This document shows, in pieces, positions 8,070-17,905 of a stretch of DNA of 64,000 bases. The stretch's first letter is position 1. Each line of letters opens with the position of its first letter. Where the stretch lies: the IMG/VR virus record IMGVR_UViG_3300014050_000019. One strand, written 5' to 3'. A program made the translations under genes and the position numbers. This stretch comes from an uncultured virus (IMG/VR IMGVR_UViG_3300014050_000019) (lineage: Duplodnaviria > Heunggongvirae > Uroviricota > Caudoviricetes). Below the pieces are notes generated by a model that was not told the origin of the DNA, made no database searches, and worked only from the letters and a program-made list of their open reading frames with translations.

Positions 8070-8626
8070 TATCTAGTCCTCATTACTGCAATAAAGTGAT
8101 CGTCTATAGGATTATTTGGATCTGCTGTATGCTCTATGCTTTCCATTATAAAATATTTTTCTAGAATTGGCAATACCTTTGTTTCAGAATGATCAATCCA
8201 TGTTCTACTATGTATAACTATTTTATCAGTGATTGTAGAAATATCATTTAAATATTCATTTAGTTCGGAATCTTCTATGTGTTGAAATACTAAACTGGCA
8301 AGAACCAAATCAAATCTAAAGCTTTTAACCGTGCTCCAGTCTGACGTATACAATATACTATTTGATTTATTCTCATCTGGAACTAATGAGATCATGCTAG
8401 GCAAATCAAATCCTACAACTTTTTTATAATCTTTAGATAAAGCAATGGTATTTCTTCCCACTCCGCATCCAAAATCTAACGCATATTGGCTGCGACCTTC
8501 TGAGCTTTTGGTTAATGAAATAACCTCACCATATATTGGCATATCTTTAAACTCACCGTTATATCCAGTTAAAATTAAATCTCCAGCATTATCTGCCGTT
8601 GCATTTAGCCATACTTCTTTAGTCAT
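8069..8626 (-). CDS. class I SAM-dependent methyltransferase
   Basis: ALDFGCGVGR, VVGFD, FDLVLASLVFQHI. Confidence 0.88.
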   Translation of the reverse strand: MTKEVWLNATADNAGDLILTGYNGEFKDMPIYGEVISLTKSSEGRSQYALDFGCGVGRNTIALSKDYKKVVGFDLPSMISLVPDENKSNSILYTSDWSTVKSFRFDLVLASLVFQHIEDSELNEYLNDISTITDKIVIHSRTWIDHSETKVLPILEKYFIMESIEHTADPNNPIDDHFIAVMRTR

Positions 8627-8769
8627 CTTTTTTTAATTAGCCCAAACTTATCTAGGTATCTCTGTATGGTCATTGCAGAGACTTTACATTCATCAGCAAT
8701 CTCAGTTACTGTTTTCTTTTGTACTACATATCTTCGATATAGCCATGTCTGACTTTGATATAATTTCAT
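8623..8769 (-). CDS. small HTH DNA-binding protein (48 aa)
   Basis: Manual translation MKLYQSQTWLYRRYVVQKKTVTEIADECKVSAMTIQRYLDKFGLIKKR; ATGA overlaps at both ends. Not in ORF track. Confidence 0.8.
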   Translation of the reverse strand: MKLYQSQTWLYRRYVVQKKTVTEIADECKVSAMTIQRYLDKFGLIKKR

Positions 8770-9518
8770 TTTTTTCTCAAAACAATATTAATAAAATCTT
8801 CACCAATAACATTACCGACATTTGTTTTTACTCCAAATGTATTATATAAATTATAATTTCTAGTTATATAATTTAAAAATGATACAGGTTGATTTTTTCC
8901 AAGTTCAATAACTATGATAGGACAATTAAGAGTATTTTCTGAAAACCCTTCAAAAGCAAACTTTTCATATCCTTCTATATCTAGTTTTATAATGTCTGGA
9001 GTTTCATCATAAATATCTGAAAGCTTTTTTAGTTCTACCTGTTCTTTTGAATATGGTCCCCAAGCCTCTGGGTGCTCGTAGTTTTCAGTAATTGGAATGT
9101 ATGATCCACCAATATTGTGTGGAATAATACGTATCTCAGCAGACTTATTTTCATTAGAAAGCCCAAACGAGTTTACTGCTATTGGTGCACAATCTGAATA
9201 ATCATTTAGCTTCTTGCCCTCTTCATATAAGTCAACAAATCTTTTTAATGGCTCAAACGCAATTACAGATCCCGTTGGCCCAGCGCATCTTGCCATAACT
9301 TCTGTAAAATATCCATTATGCGAACCTATATCTAAACATTTCCAACCAGGTTTTACTGTTTCTATTAAGAAGCTGGTAAGGTCTGGCTCCCACATTCCAG
9401 AATTTCTTAAAGAATTTTGAATAATCCTATCTTCTTCATCTCCTGCATAAACATAAAATGAATCCAATGCTCTATAATATTTATCAATGTTATCTATATT
9501 TTCTGGATATAAAATCAT
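8766..9518 (-). CDS. FkbM-family methyltransferase
   Basis: LDIGSHNGYFT, VIAFEP, IIKLDIEGYE. Confidence 0.9.
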   Translation of the reverse strand: MILYPENIDNIDKYYRALDSFYVYAGDEEDRIIQNSLRNSGMWEPDLTSFLIETVKPGWKCLDIGSHNGYFTEVMARCAGPTGSVIAFEPLKRFVDLYEEGKKLNDYSDCAPIAVNSFGLSNENKSAEIRIIPHNIGGSYIPITENYEHPEAWGPYSKEQVELKKLSDIYDETPDIIKLDIEGYEKFAFEGFSENTLNCPIIVIELGKNQPVSFLNYITRNYNLYNTFGVKTNVGNVIGEDFINIVLRKK

Positions 9519-10081
9519 CTTTCTGTCAACACCTTGTTTGCATAATGAGCAATGCCGAATGCATCTGCTACGTCAAAATCTGTTAAGTTTATTCCGTACT
9601 TATTATTAAAATAATCTACGGTTCTTTGTTTACGCATGTTGCGTAATTGATTTTTATACCAAGAGTCTGCGTACCCTGGATTCTTTACTCTTATTGCTTG
9701 CTTTTCATCTTTAGTTGGATTTTTGTTTCCGATATAAGCCTGCCAAGAACTGGGTGATATGGTTATAACGCTAGATCCACTTGCCATAAGCTCAGCAATA
9801 ACAACACCGTACACATAAGATAATTTTATCACAGCATCAGGAGATCTGACAAGTATGGCGCCTTCTACGGCAATATAGTCTGATTTTAGTTCATCAATCA
9901 TTGCGTGAGTATTTACTTTAGCGTTATATATTTTTTCATATATATCTGATCCAACCAAGTTAATCTTACCCCATTTTAATGGTTTATCATTTTCCATGAG
10001 GCAGAAAGCAACAGAGTTTGTTGAAGCATCAATGCCCAATACTCTGTTTGCCTTAGTCTTTACAAGATCAGCTAATTTCAT
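9515..10081 (-). CDS. ruvC: RuvC-like Holliday junction resolvase
   Basis: VLGIDAS, IAVEG and D.ADAFGIA catalytic motifs. Confidence 0.85.
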   Translation of the reverse strand: MKLADLVKTKANRVLGIDASTNSVAFCLMENDKPLKWGKINLVGSDIYEKIYNAKVNTHAMIDELKSDYIAVEGAILVRSPDAVIKLSYVYGVVIAELMASGSSVITISPSSWQAYIGNKNPTKDEKQAIRVKNPGYADSWYKNQLRNMRKQRTVDYFNNKYGINLTDFDVADAFGIAHYANKVLTER

Positions 10082-10346
10082 CTAACATTCCTTTAATTTT
10101 AGTTCTTTTTGTTATATCTATTTTTTTCTGACATGAAGCGCATAAAGGAGTTTCATTGTATCTACTTAATTGAGAACCACATTTTTTGCAACCACGGGTG
10201 GCACCATTTCTTATAGCCTTTTTTTCATAATATTTTTCCATGATACGCCTGTTTGTAGCAACACGGCAACACTCATCTGTACAATACTTTTGATTATGAG
10301 TCTTTGGCTCAAAATCTTTAGCACATTCTTTATTAGCGCATATCAT
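10068..10346 (-). CDS. Cys-rich zinc-finger hypothetical protein
   Basis: Four CxxC/Cx3-4C pairs. Confidence 0.65.
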   Translation of the reverse strand: MICANKECAKDFEPKTHNQKYCTDECCRVATNRRIMEKYYEKKAIRNGATRGCKKCGSQLSRYNETPLCASCQKKIDITKRTKIKGMLDEIS

Positions 10347-11128
10347 AATTTTGGAACCTTATATGTTTCTATTTGAACCGTTCCTATTAATCCAGAGTAG
10401 CATTCCTTTTTGATTGGACAGTATGTGCATGGCATCTTAGACTTTGATGCCCCTTCTGGACGCATTGGAAGATCTCCTTCTTTAAAATTATCCCACACTT
10501 CACACATCCACAAAAATGCTTCTTCTATTATTTCAGTATTTTTTTCATTCATAGAAACTGGAATAACAATTAATTCTTGAGTATTTTTATTTTCATACAA
10601 GAAGAAACCTTCTTTAGCATTTTTTAATTTCATATAAGTAAGTAATTGTAGAAGGTGATTAGCTGTAGGCTTCATCTCGGATTGACGTGCATCCCAGACT
10701 TCTTGCTTAGCGGTTTTAATTTCACCAATTACGGTTTCATTATCATATTCCATAATTAAATCTATAAATCCACGAATAGGCGGATACTCATTAATAATTT
10801 CTTCTTCTTCTGCTCTAAATTCTGGCATTGTAGCAATTAGCTTTTGAAGTCTTTCATGTGCCTGTGTTCCCTGAGCCATATTAGCAACTGCTACGGCATC
10901 ATTGTCATCAATAAACATTGCACCACTAAAAGCCATATACCAATATCTAGGACATGTCCCATGCCCATAACCAAGGGAGCTGGGACTAAATGATTTCTTA
11001 GTCATTTCTCCATCTGCACGTTTTGTATTTCTGTATGACTCATCAAGCAATTGTGCAAATCTTTCTGGATCAAAGTGCTTGCCCGTGTGCTTCTTAAACT
11101 TGAGGTTTTTTACTATATCTCTACCCAT
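10343..11128 (-). CDS. Cas4-like PD-(D/E)XK exonuclease
   Basis: CPR, GT..H, GFID, EIKT, QL..Y and C-terminal C..CP...C Fe-S motif. Confidence 0.88.
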   Translation of the reverse strand: MGRDIVKNLKFKKHTGKHFDPERFAQLLDESYRNTKRADGEMTKKSFSPSSLGYGHGTCPRYWYMAFSGAMFIDDNDAVAVANMAQGTQAHERLQKLIATMPEFRAEEEEIINEYPPIRGFIDLIMEYDNETVIGEIKTAKQEVWDARQSEMKPTANHLLQLLTYMKLKNAKEGFFLYENKNTQELIVIPVSMNEKNTEIIEEAFLWMCEVWDNFKEGDLPMRPEGASKSKMPCTYCPIKKECYSGLIGTVQIETYKVPKL

Positions 11129-11466
11129 TATGAACTATACCTAACGACATACTTAAGTGCATCTACAAGTTTGTCTATGGACTCCTTCGCTGAATAATAA
11201 ATATTCTTTTTATTGTTATTTACTGTGCCTGCTTTATCTTTAGCAATTGTAGAATATACAGAAGCCATCATTGAAAACTTCGTAGACATTGCTTGCAATT
11301 CTATAATAAGATAAGGCGCTTTAGCAGAAGGAACATCTGGATTTAAAAGAAGCTTTACAACAATAGCCAAAGCCTTGTCCAGTTGTTCATCTTTCATGTA
11401 TTCATGAAGATCATTAAATTCTGTAATAGAACTAATTAACTCTAAAGTATTTTTATCGTCCGCCAT
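11128..11466 (-). CDS. hypothetical protein
   Basis: ORF track; translationally coupled. Confidence 0.6.
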   Translation of the reverse strand: MADDKNTLELISSITEFNDLHEYMKDEQLDKALAIVVKLLLNPDVPSAKAPYLIIELQAMSTKFSMMASVYSTIAKDKAGTVNNNKKNIYYSAKESIDKLVDALKYVVRYSS

Positions 11467-11563
11467 TTTTTGCTTTCTCTCTCTTATCTAATTTATCAAT
11501 AAATAAACCTAGTGGGTATCCTAGTGCGAAGCCAATCAGAATTCCTAAAATAAATAAATCCAT
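11453..11563 (-). CDS. single-TM micro-protein (36 aa)
   Basis: Manual translation MDLFILGILIGFALGYPLGLFIDKLDKREKAKNGGR; TAATG coupling. Not in ORF track. Confidence 0.6.
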   Translation of the reverse strand: MDLFILGILIGFALGYPLGLFIDKLDKREKAKNGGR

Positions 11564-11718
11564 TAGATAAACCTCTGAACAATTCCATAGCCTATCCAGA
11601 GCCCAACAATTCCCATCAATCCAGCAAATACTGGTGGTGCTGGAATGGGTAGTTTAAAAATACTAAATATTCCTCCTACTGCTGCTCCAGTTAATGTTGT
11701 ATACAATATTTCTTTCAT
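11563..11718 (-). CDS. XapX/DUF1427-family small membrane protein (51 aa)
   Basis: Manual translation MKEILYTTLTGAAVGGIFSIFKLPIPAPPVFAGLMGIVGLWIGY... with the P.PAPP signature. Not in ORF track. Confidence 0.8.
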   Translation of the reverse strand: MKEILYTTLTGAAVGGIFSIFKLPIPAPPVFAGLMGIVGLWIGYGIVQRFI

Positions 11719-11849
11719 TACTTAACCTTCTTATGATTAGCTTTGTAGGGGCCTAAATCGGCCTTTACGGTGCCATCTTTTCTAAGCCTGACGATTCTTC
11801 CATTTTTAATAACTGTCTTATTAAATGGTATTTTATTATTTGATCCCAT
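11718..11849 (-). CDS. small basic hypothetical protein (43 aa)
   Basis: Manual translation MGSNNKIPFNKTVIKNGRIVRLRKDGTVKADLGPYKANHKKVK; GGAGG RBS. Not in ORF track. Confidence 0.65.
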   Translation of the reverse strand: MGSNNKIPFNKTVIKNGRIVRLRKDGTVKADLGPYKANHKKVK

Positions 11850-12147
11850 TGTTATCCTCCCAGAACTGAATTAGTTCTTCTAATACTGCCCACTCAATAA
11901 TTCCAAGACGTACCTTAGAATCTGTTCCTATAATAATTTTTAATGCTGGATGCATATCTCTGCTTACTTTAAAAGTATCAGTACAGATCTTAGACCATAC
12001 TGGTTTATTTAAAGTAAACGATGCAGAGGCTTCTTTATAATCAACTACAAACTGTTTCCATTTAGCATCACCTTTTTGATAGTCTCCACGCCCACTGTTC
12101 TTTTGAGCTTTAGCACCATCACGTTTTACTTCAGATCTTTCAGACAT
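11836..12147 (-). CDS. PD-(D/E)XK nuclease, Hjc-like resolvase
   Basis: E...NSGRG...KGD......VDYK motif. Confidence 0.6.
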   Translation of the reverse strand: MSERSEVKRDGAKAQKNSGRGDYQKGDAKWKQFVVDYKEASASFTLNKPVWSKICTDTFKVSRDMHPALKIIIGTDSKVRLGIIEWAVLEELIQFWEDNNGIK

Positions 12148-12332
12148 TAATTTACCTTAAATGAATTTTTATGACCATCTGGACATTCCCAAGTCATGGT
12201 TAAAGATACTGCATTCCAAAAATATTCATCCGCATCTTTGTCACATTTAGCACACGGTTTCTTTCCGCCAAATCTTTCTAGCTCTGGTGGTTGAATCTTT
12301 TCTTTTGAAAAAAACTCATTAAGATTTGGCAC
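12147..12332 (-). CDS. zinc-ribbon hypothetical protein
   Basis: CAKC...CPDGH; start moved to GTG 12332 behind AGGAGG. Confidence 0.6.
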   Translation of the reverse strand: MPNLNEFFSKEKIQPPELERFGGKKPCAKCDKDADEYFWNAVSLTMTWECPDGHKNSFKVN

Positions 12333-13323
12333 GTATATCCTCCTGCAATTTTTCAACTACTTTTGGATTTTCACGAAGATATTGAACTGCTTTTGCTCTG
12401 CCCTGAAATCTTTCTCCATTAACTGTATACCAGGCTCCACCTTTTTCTACAATGCCACACATTTCTGCAACATCAAGGGTTTCTCCTATTGCATCTACTC
12501 CAAGCGTCTCGCCTTGATAATAGAAGTCATACTGTCCTGATAAGTTTGGTGGACCAACTTTATTATAATCAATAATCCAGTTTACTGGACGACCTACTCT
12601 TTGCTCAATAATCTTATCGCCAACCTTAATGCCAGCCTTGATAGCATTAGCTTCAGCCTCTGAAGACCATAATTTAATAACTGTAGAGGAGAAGAATTTA
12701 ACTGCCATCCCTCCCGTTGGGATATGACTTGCATGCATTGATCCGAATTGATTACGCTGTTGAGAGATAAGGACAAGAAGCGTATTCTTGTTCGCATAGT
12801 TAAGCATTTTAACCGCATGTGTCATATCCTTTGCTTCTGCACCGATTTGTTTTGTATCTTGCAAATCTTTTAAATCACTACCATCTTTTTCAAAGTAAAT
12901 TGCTGGAAGCAGTGCTGAAATTGAATCTACAACAATCATATCAACTTCTGCATCCATGAGTTTTGTCGCTACATCTACCATATCATTTACTGTTTTAGCT
13001 GGAGAATAAATTAGTTTTGTAGAATCTACTCCTAATTGTTCTGCCCATGCTGGATCATATGAATGTTCAGCATCAATCCAAGCACATGTTTTTCCTTCTT
13101 TTTGTGCTAACGCAATCATCTGTAAACAGAAAGAAGATTTGCCCGCAGATTTATTTCCCCAAACAAGAATCTGTCTTCCATATGCTAGGCCACCCTTAAG
13201 GGCAAGGTTTAATCCAATACTTGGAGTTGCCTGCTTATCTATGTTAACATCTACTGCTGATTGAACTCTTGCTCTTGTTTTTGGGTCTAACTTTGCTAAT
13301 ACATCATCTAGTACTAATTTCAT
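12319..13323 (-). CDS. recA: RecA/UvsX-like recombinase
   Basis: Walker A GNKSAGKS, WIDAEH, IVVDS, TGG.A.KF, KGGAWY. Confidence 0.93.
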   Translation of the reverse strand: MKLVLDDVLAKLDPKTRARVQSAVDVNIDKQATPSIGLNLALKGGLAYGRQILVWGNKSAGKSSFCLQMIALAQKEGKTCAWIDAEHSYDPAWAEQLGVDSTKLIYSPAKTVNDMVDVATKLMDAEVDMIVVDSISALLPAIYFEKDGSDLKDLQDTKQIGAEAKDMTHAVKMLNYANKNTLLVLISQQRNQFGSMHASHIPTGGMAVKFFSSTVIKLWSSEAEANAIKAGIKVGDKIIEQRVGRPVNWIIDYNKVGPPNLSGQYDFYYQGETLGVDAIGETLDVAEMCGIVEKGGAWYTVNGERFQGRAKAVQYLRENPKVVEKLQEDIRAKS

Positions 13324-13347
13324 TATTATTCTTTCTTCTCTCTGCTT

Positions 13348-13356
13348 ATTATATCA
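13348..13356 (-). promoter_or_regulatory. extended -10 promoter upstream of recA
   Basis: TGaTATAAT in the intergenic gap. Confidence 0.55.
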
Positions 13357-13704
13357 TTAAAATAGGTTGCCGTGAAGTCTTGGACGCTCTTTATTTTTAT
13401 TTACTTTTGCTTCCAAAATTTCATCTAAGCTATGCAATATCTGCTCTTCGTTTCTCATTGCAGCATAAACATCCAGAAGCCTAATAATAACATCAGCCAT
13501 TTCTTCTACAATATTTTCGCTACCCTTTGATTTTCTAATTGCCTCTAATACTTCAGTAACTTCTGAATGTACAAGGGCAAGCTTATTGCCAACTTTGTCA
13601 TGAGAATACTCTCCATCCCAAAACCCCTTTTCTTTTGCTGTTTCATGAAGCATTGCGGCCAATGCATCTAATCCGTACTCTGTTATAAGACTATTGCTGT
13701 TCAA
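13357..13704 (-). CDS. MazG-like NTP pyrophosphohydrolase
   Basis: LALVHSEVTEVLEA...EEMADVIIR..D. Confidence 0.85.
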   Translation of the reverse strand: MNSNSLITEYGLDALAAMLHETAKEKGFWDGEYSHDKVGNKLALVHSEVTEVLEAIRKSKGSENIVEEMADVIIRLLDVYAAMRNEEQILHSLDEILEAKVNKNKERPRLHGNLF

Positions 13705-13894
13705 CTGTATCCCTTAAACTAAATGTAAATGATGGAACATTCTCATCATAATCAATTACTAATTCTTTTCCTGTAGATCCTGCATCTAAAAATCTTAGAG
13801 TTGGTACAGTTAATTTTCCGTACTCTTCTAAAATGGCGATCAAGACCTGATTCATGCTTATAGAAGTAATTAAACCGTCTATGTTTTCTGTCAT
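13691..13894 (-). CDS. hypothetical protein
   Basis: ORF track; overlaps both neighbours. Confidence 0.55.
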   Translation of the reverse strand: MTENIDGLITSISMNQVLIAILEEYGKLTVPTLRFLDAGSTGKELVIDYDENVPSFTFSLRDTVEQQ

Positions 13895-16800
13895 TTTATT
13901 TCCTTAATCATCAGGGTGCCGTCATCCAATTTGGATAAAATTACCTGACACTTCATTCCCTCACGCATTTTTGCTAAGGCGATCTTATACATACTAGAGA
14001 AAACAATTGCTCTAGTTAAATTTTTATCTTTATCTGATAATACTATATGTGCCATAGTTTTACCAGCTTTTGTTTTATATGGAGTAAAATCTACTACAAT
14101 ATATTCTTTTTCATTTAAATCATATTCTTTTCTATATAAAAAGTCGACAAACGTATCTTTAGATTGAGGGTTAATGTCTTGAACCTTTACATACTTTGCA
14201 ATTCTATTATCTCCAACTAAAATAAAATACATCTGTCCAGTTTCTATAGTAGTTTGTTCATTATGAAATAAACCTATAGCGCCAGTTTCATCAACAAGTT
14301 CTACTCTGGCCCAACCAGTTCCTCTTTTAATTGACTTTACCATTCCAAACATAACGAATGCTCCTAAATCATCAAAGTCTGATATTGGACGTGCTTGAGA
14401 TTTAATTCTTGGAGGAAGATCTAAATTGAATGTAGGTATTCCTAAATATTCATAGTAGCTTTCTTTTTCTTTACCACTTCTAACATTGTCTTCAAATGCT
14501 GCTCCACCGATTGCGTTAAGTGCTGACACCGCTCTGCTATTAATACCGCTACCCTTGGCAGAAGCTTTTTGTATAAAATCGGCATAATCTAAATAAGGAC
14601 GTTTATCAATAATTTTATTTGCAATACTATCTGATATATATTTTACTTCTGCTAAACCAAATCTAATAGCATCTTTTTGTAAAGAAAAATATATATCCGA
14701 TTCATTAATATGTGGCAAAAGTACTTTTAGCCCAAGTCTTTTAGCTTCAATTAAATATTCCGTACGAACATCTTTATCATTTTCATTTTTAAGAATTGAA
14801 AACATAAACTCAAGAGGGTAATACTTTTTGAGCCAAGCCGTATAATAAGAGAGCATAGAATAAGCAACGGCGTGAGAGCGATTAAAAGAATAACCAGCAT
14901 GAGCTTCAAAATCATGCCAAAGGTGCTGGGCTTGCTTTTTACTAATATGCTTCTCAGCCCCTTCAATAAACTTATCTTTGAATTGATCGAATTCTTTTGC
15001 ATCTTTCTTCTTTCCAATAATTTTACGAACCTTGTCAGCCTCTGACCAAGTCATCCCGCCAAGGTGTACGCATGCTTGCATAACTTGTTCTTGATAAATA
15101 ATAACCCCGTATGTATTTTCTGTAAATGGTTTCATAATTGGGTGTACGTACTGAACCGCTTCCTGCCCATGCTTACGTTTAATATAAGAAGCTCCCACAG
15201 TATTCATTGCACCTGGACGAACTAGAGCATTTGATGCCGCTAAATCTTCAAATTTATCTACACCCATTTTAATAAGTAAATTTGTATAAGGCGTTGCTTC
15301 AGCCTGAAATATACCTTTTGTATATCCTTCGCTAAGAGTTTTATAAACTTCTTTATCATCTAGAGGTAATTCTGAAAGAACAATATCTTTGCCTGTGCGA
15401 TCTTTAATAGACTTTAAAGTGTCAGAAATAACAGAAAGAGTTTTAAGTCCGAGGGCGTCCAGTTTAATCAAACCAATATCAGCTACAGTATCCATGTCAT
15501 ATGCGACAACTGGAATTCTTCCAGATACTTGATCCTGAGCATCTTCACGAGATTCTACTGGTGCATACTTTCTAATATCATCTTTGGCTACAACAACGCC
15601 AGCAGCATGAACCCCAACGGATCGGATCTTGCCACGTAAACGTTCTGCTAACCATACAATTTCTGGATATTTAATCCTAAACTCTTTTGTATTTGGCGAC
15701 TCTATAAAATCTTCAAATGTGTCAATTGATTTCATTGCACGATTAACATCAGACAATGGAACCATAAACACACGAGCAGCATCTCTAATTACACCCTTAT
15801 CTTTAAAATAAGTGTAGGTAGAAATAGAAGCCACATGCTTAAACTTTTTCTTTAAATAATCTTTAACCTCTTTACGGCGGCGGTCTTCAAAGTCAGTATC
15901 AATATCAGGAAAGTCATTACGCTCAGGGTTAATAAAACGGAAGAACAATAAATCATATTCAATTGGGTCTACATCTGTAATTCCAAGGGAATAGCAGACT
16001 AGGGAGCCTGCAGCAGAACCACGACCAGGGCCAACCATAATATTGTTATCCTTAGCCCAATTAACCATATCTGCTACAACTAAGAAATATGAGGCAAATG
16101 ATTTATCTTTAATTATAGATAACTCTTCCTCAAGCCTGTCCATATAGACCTTATCTTTGTCCAGAGATAGGCGTTTAAGGCCTTCTAAGGCCATCTGAGC
16201 CAGTTTCTGGTCAGCATTGGTCTTCGGTACAGGGAGAAGATCTAGCCCACTGTTAAAATCGTATTCTCCAATTTTAGAGGCTATCTCCATAGTATTATCA
16301 AATATATCTGTTCTCTCTATGCCAGCTTTTTTAAAGTCCGCCTCTATTTCAGCTCTAGTCTGAATAAATAGGTTATAGTCTACAAATGATATTTTTCTGT
16401 CAGGATAAAGATAGTTAAATCTATCTAACATATCTTTCATTTGACGAGACATTTCAAAGTCTGCTTCTTTATCTGCTTTTGGGGATGTAGATAGAATAAG
16501 CATGGCCTCTTCTAATATACGATCTTCTTCTTTGGCAAAGTGAGCATCTCCTGTTGCCACCGCCTTAATTTTAAGTTCATCTGCTAGCGATAGCAATCCT
16601 TCATTTATTTCTTTTGGATTATGAGACTGGACCTCAATATAAAAATCTTCACCGAAGGTTTTCTTAAAATCTTTAAGAATAAGTTTGGCTTCAGAGAACT
16701 CATTCTTTTCAATACATTTAGAAATAAGACCGTTAAGGCATCCAGATAACACAATAATGCCTTCCGCATATTCTTTAAGAATTTCTCTGTCAATACGTGG

Positions 16801-17157
16801 CTTATGATAAAAGCCTTCGTTCCATGCCAACTCTTGTAGAATATTTATATTCTCAAGACCCTTTTTATTTTTAGCCAATAAAATAATATGATTATATGCT
16901 TGAATAGATTTATCTGTTTTAGAGGAGCGGTCAAATCTATCTGTTGGTGATATGTACGCTTCTACTCCTAGGATTGGCTTTATGCCCTGTTCTTTACATG
17001 CAATTTGCATTTCACGATGTGATGATAATGTACCATGATCTGTAACTGCCAACGATGTTTGACCAGCATCTTTAGCTGCTTTAACAAGTTCGGCAGGAGA
17101 ATTAAGGCCATCCATTAATGAATAGTATGAATGCACATGCAAATGTGTGAATGACAT
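13891..17157 (-). CDS. dnaE: DNA polymerase III alpha subunit (family C)
   Basis: PHP HLHVHS/TDHG, GPGRGSAAGS, catalytic FPDIDTDF, YSFNRSHAVAY. No intein visible. Confidence 0.97.
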   Translation of the reverse strand: MSFTHLHVHSYYSLMDGLNSPAELVKAAKDAGQTSLAVTDHGTLSSHREMQIACKEQGIKPILGVEAYISPTDRFDRSSKTDKSIQAYNHIILLAKNKKGLENINILQELAWNEGFYHKPRIDREILKEYAEGIIVLSGCLNGLISKCIEKNEFSEAKLILKDFKKTFGEDFYIEVQSHNPKEINEGLLSLADELKIKAVATGDAHFAKEEDRILEEAMLILSTSPKADKEADFEMSRQMKDMLDRFNYLYPDRKISFVDYNLFIQTRAEIEADFKKAGIERTDIFDNTMEIASKIGEYDFNSGLDLLPVPKTNADQKLAQMALEGLKRLSLDKDKVYMDRLEEELSIIKDKSFASYFLVVADMVNWAKDNNIMVGPGRGSAAGSLVCYSLGITDVDPIEYDLLFFRFINPERNDFPDIDTDFEDRRRKEVKDYLKKKFKHVASISTYTYFKDKGVIRDAARVFMVPLSDVNRAMKSIDTFEDFIESPNTKEFRIKYPEIVWLAERLRGKIRSVGVHAAGVVVAKDDIRKYAPVESREDAQDQVSGRIPVVAYDMDTVADIGLIKLDALGLKTLSVISDTLKSIKDRTGKDIVLSELPLDDKEVYKTLSEGYTKGIFQAEATPYTNLLIKMGVDKFEDLAASNALVRPGAMNTVGASYIKRKHGQEAVQYVHPIMKPFTENTYGVIIYQEQVMQACVHLGGMTWSEADKVRKIIGKKKDAKEFDQFKDKFIEGAEKHISKKQAQHLWHDFEAHAGYSFNRSHAVAYSMLSYYTAWLKKYYPLEFMFSILKNENDKDVRTEYLIEAKRLGLKVLLPHINESDIYFSLQKDAIRFGLAEVKYISDSIANKIIDKRPYLDYADFIQKASAKGSGINSRAVSALNAIGGAAFEDNVRSGKEKESYYEYLGIPTFNLDLPPRIKSQARPISDFDDLGAFVMFGMVKSIKRGTGWARVELVDETGAIGLFHNEQTTIETGQMYFILVGDNRIAKYVKVQDINPQSKDTFVDFLYRKEYDLNEKEYIVVDFTPYKTKAGKTMAHIVLSDKDKNLTRAIVFSSMYKIALAKMREGMKCQVILSKLDDGTLMIKEIK

Positions 17158-17181
17158 TAATTCTCCGCCTTTAACTTGATA

Positions 17182-17850
17182 TTACCAGTCTACGCTGCTA
17201 GATGTAGCAGAAGACTCATCAGCATTAGTTCCATCGCCCATATAAAAAGCTTCTTGCTCTGCATATGGAACATGTCGTACTGCTGTTTTTTCTAGGTCAA
17301 ACAATTCCAGACTAGAGAAGTCAAAAGGGGTTTCGTCTTTTGCTAGTGGAATGATTGTGTAGCTTGTATCTGTTTTAGAACCGTTACGCTTGATTCTCCA
17401 CATCAAATTTGTGATGCTTCCCATCTCGCCAGCGTACTCAATCAAGGTAGGGGTGATTGTTTTTCCGCTTGTACCTTGTGAAAGAATTGCAACGTATGGC
17501 TCTTCTTTACCATCGTCTACCAATACATTAATGTATAGGCGTGTTCTGGCCTTCCAGCCAGCCTTTGGATCTTTGCGATGCTGTTCATTTGCCCAGTCAC
17601 GACCCTCTGACTCCATTGTATCTAGAGCCTTACGACGGTAATCCTTTGGGTTGGTATGCTCTAGTGCGATAAATCCGCAACCAAGCTTATCATTATATGT
17701 TGGTGAATCTGGATCAAGCTCCTGCAGGAATCTAATCTTTACGCTTTCGCCATCTTCGATCTTTAGCCAGCGACCCTTATTTTCGTCGCCACTGTAAGTA
17801 GGCTTATCTAGTGCCTTGTTGAGGTCTTTTAGACCCTTTACTATACTCAT
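17182..17850 (-). CDS. single-stranded DNA-binding protein (gp32-like)
   Basis: WLKI.DGES..IRFL, acidic tail ending in DW, located between primase and polymerase. Confidence 0.75.
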   Translation of the reverse strand: MSIVKGLKDLNKALDKPTYSGDENKGRWLKIEDGESVKIRFLQELDPDSPTYNDKLGCGFIALEHTNPKDYRRKALDTMESEGRDWANEQHRKDPKAGWKARTRLYINVLVDDGKEEPYVAILSQGTSGKTITPTLIEYAGEMGSITNLMWRIKRNGSKTDTSYTIIPLAKDETPFDFSSLELFDLEKTAVRHVPYAEQEAFYMGDGTNADESSATSSSVDW

Positions 17851-17896
17851 TTATTTCTCCTCTGTAGTTGATGGTATATATCCATCTGTATTTTTT

Positions 17897-17905
17897 ATTA
17901 TATCA
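17897..17905 (-). promoter_or_regulatory. extended -10 promoter for ssb-dnaE
   Basis: TGaTATAAT, followed by a GATGG/CCATC hairpin and GAGGAG RBS. Confidence 0.6.

Noticed and set aside
8069..9518. Restriction-modification DNA methyltransferases
   Set aside because: They lack DNA-MTase catalytic motifs and match small-molecule/FkbM types.
10343..11128. Cas4 as evidence of a CRISPR-Cas system
   Set aside because: Stand-alone phage Cas4-like exonuclease in a recombination block; no cas1/cas2 and no array seen.
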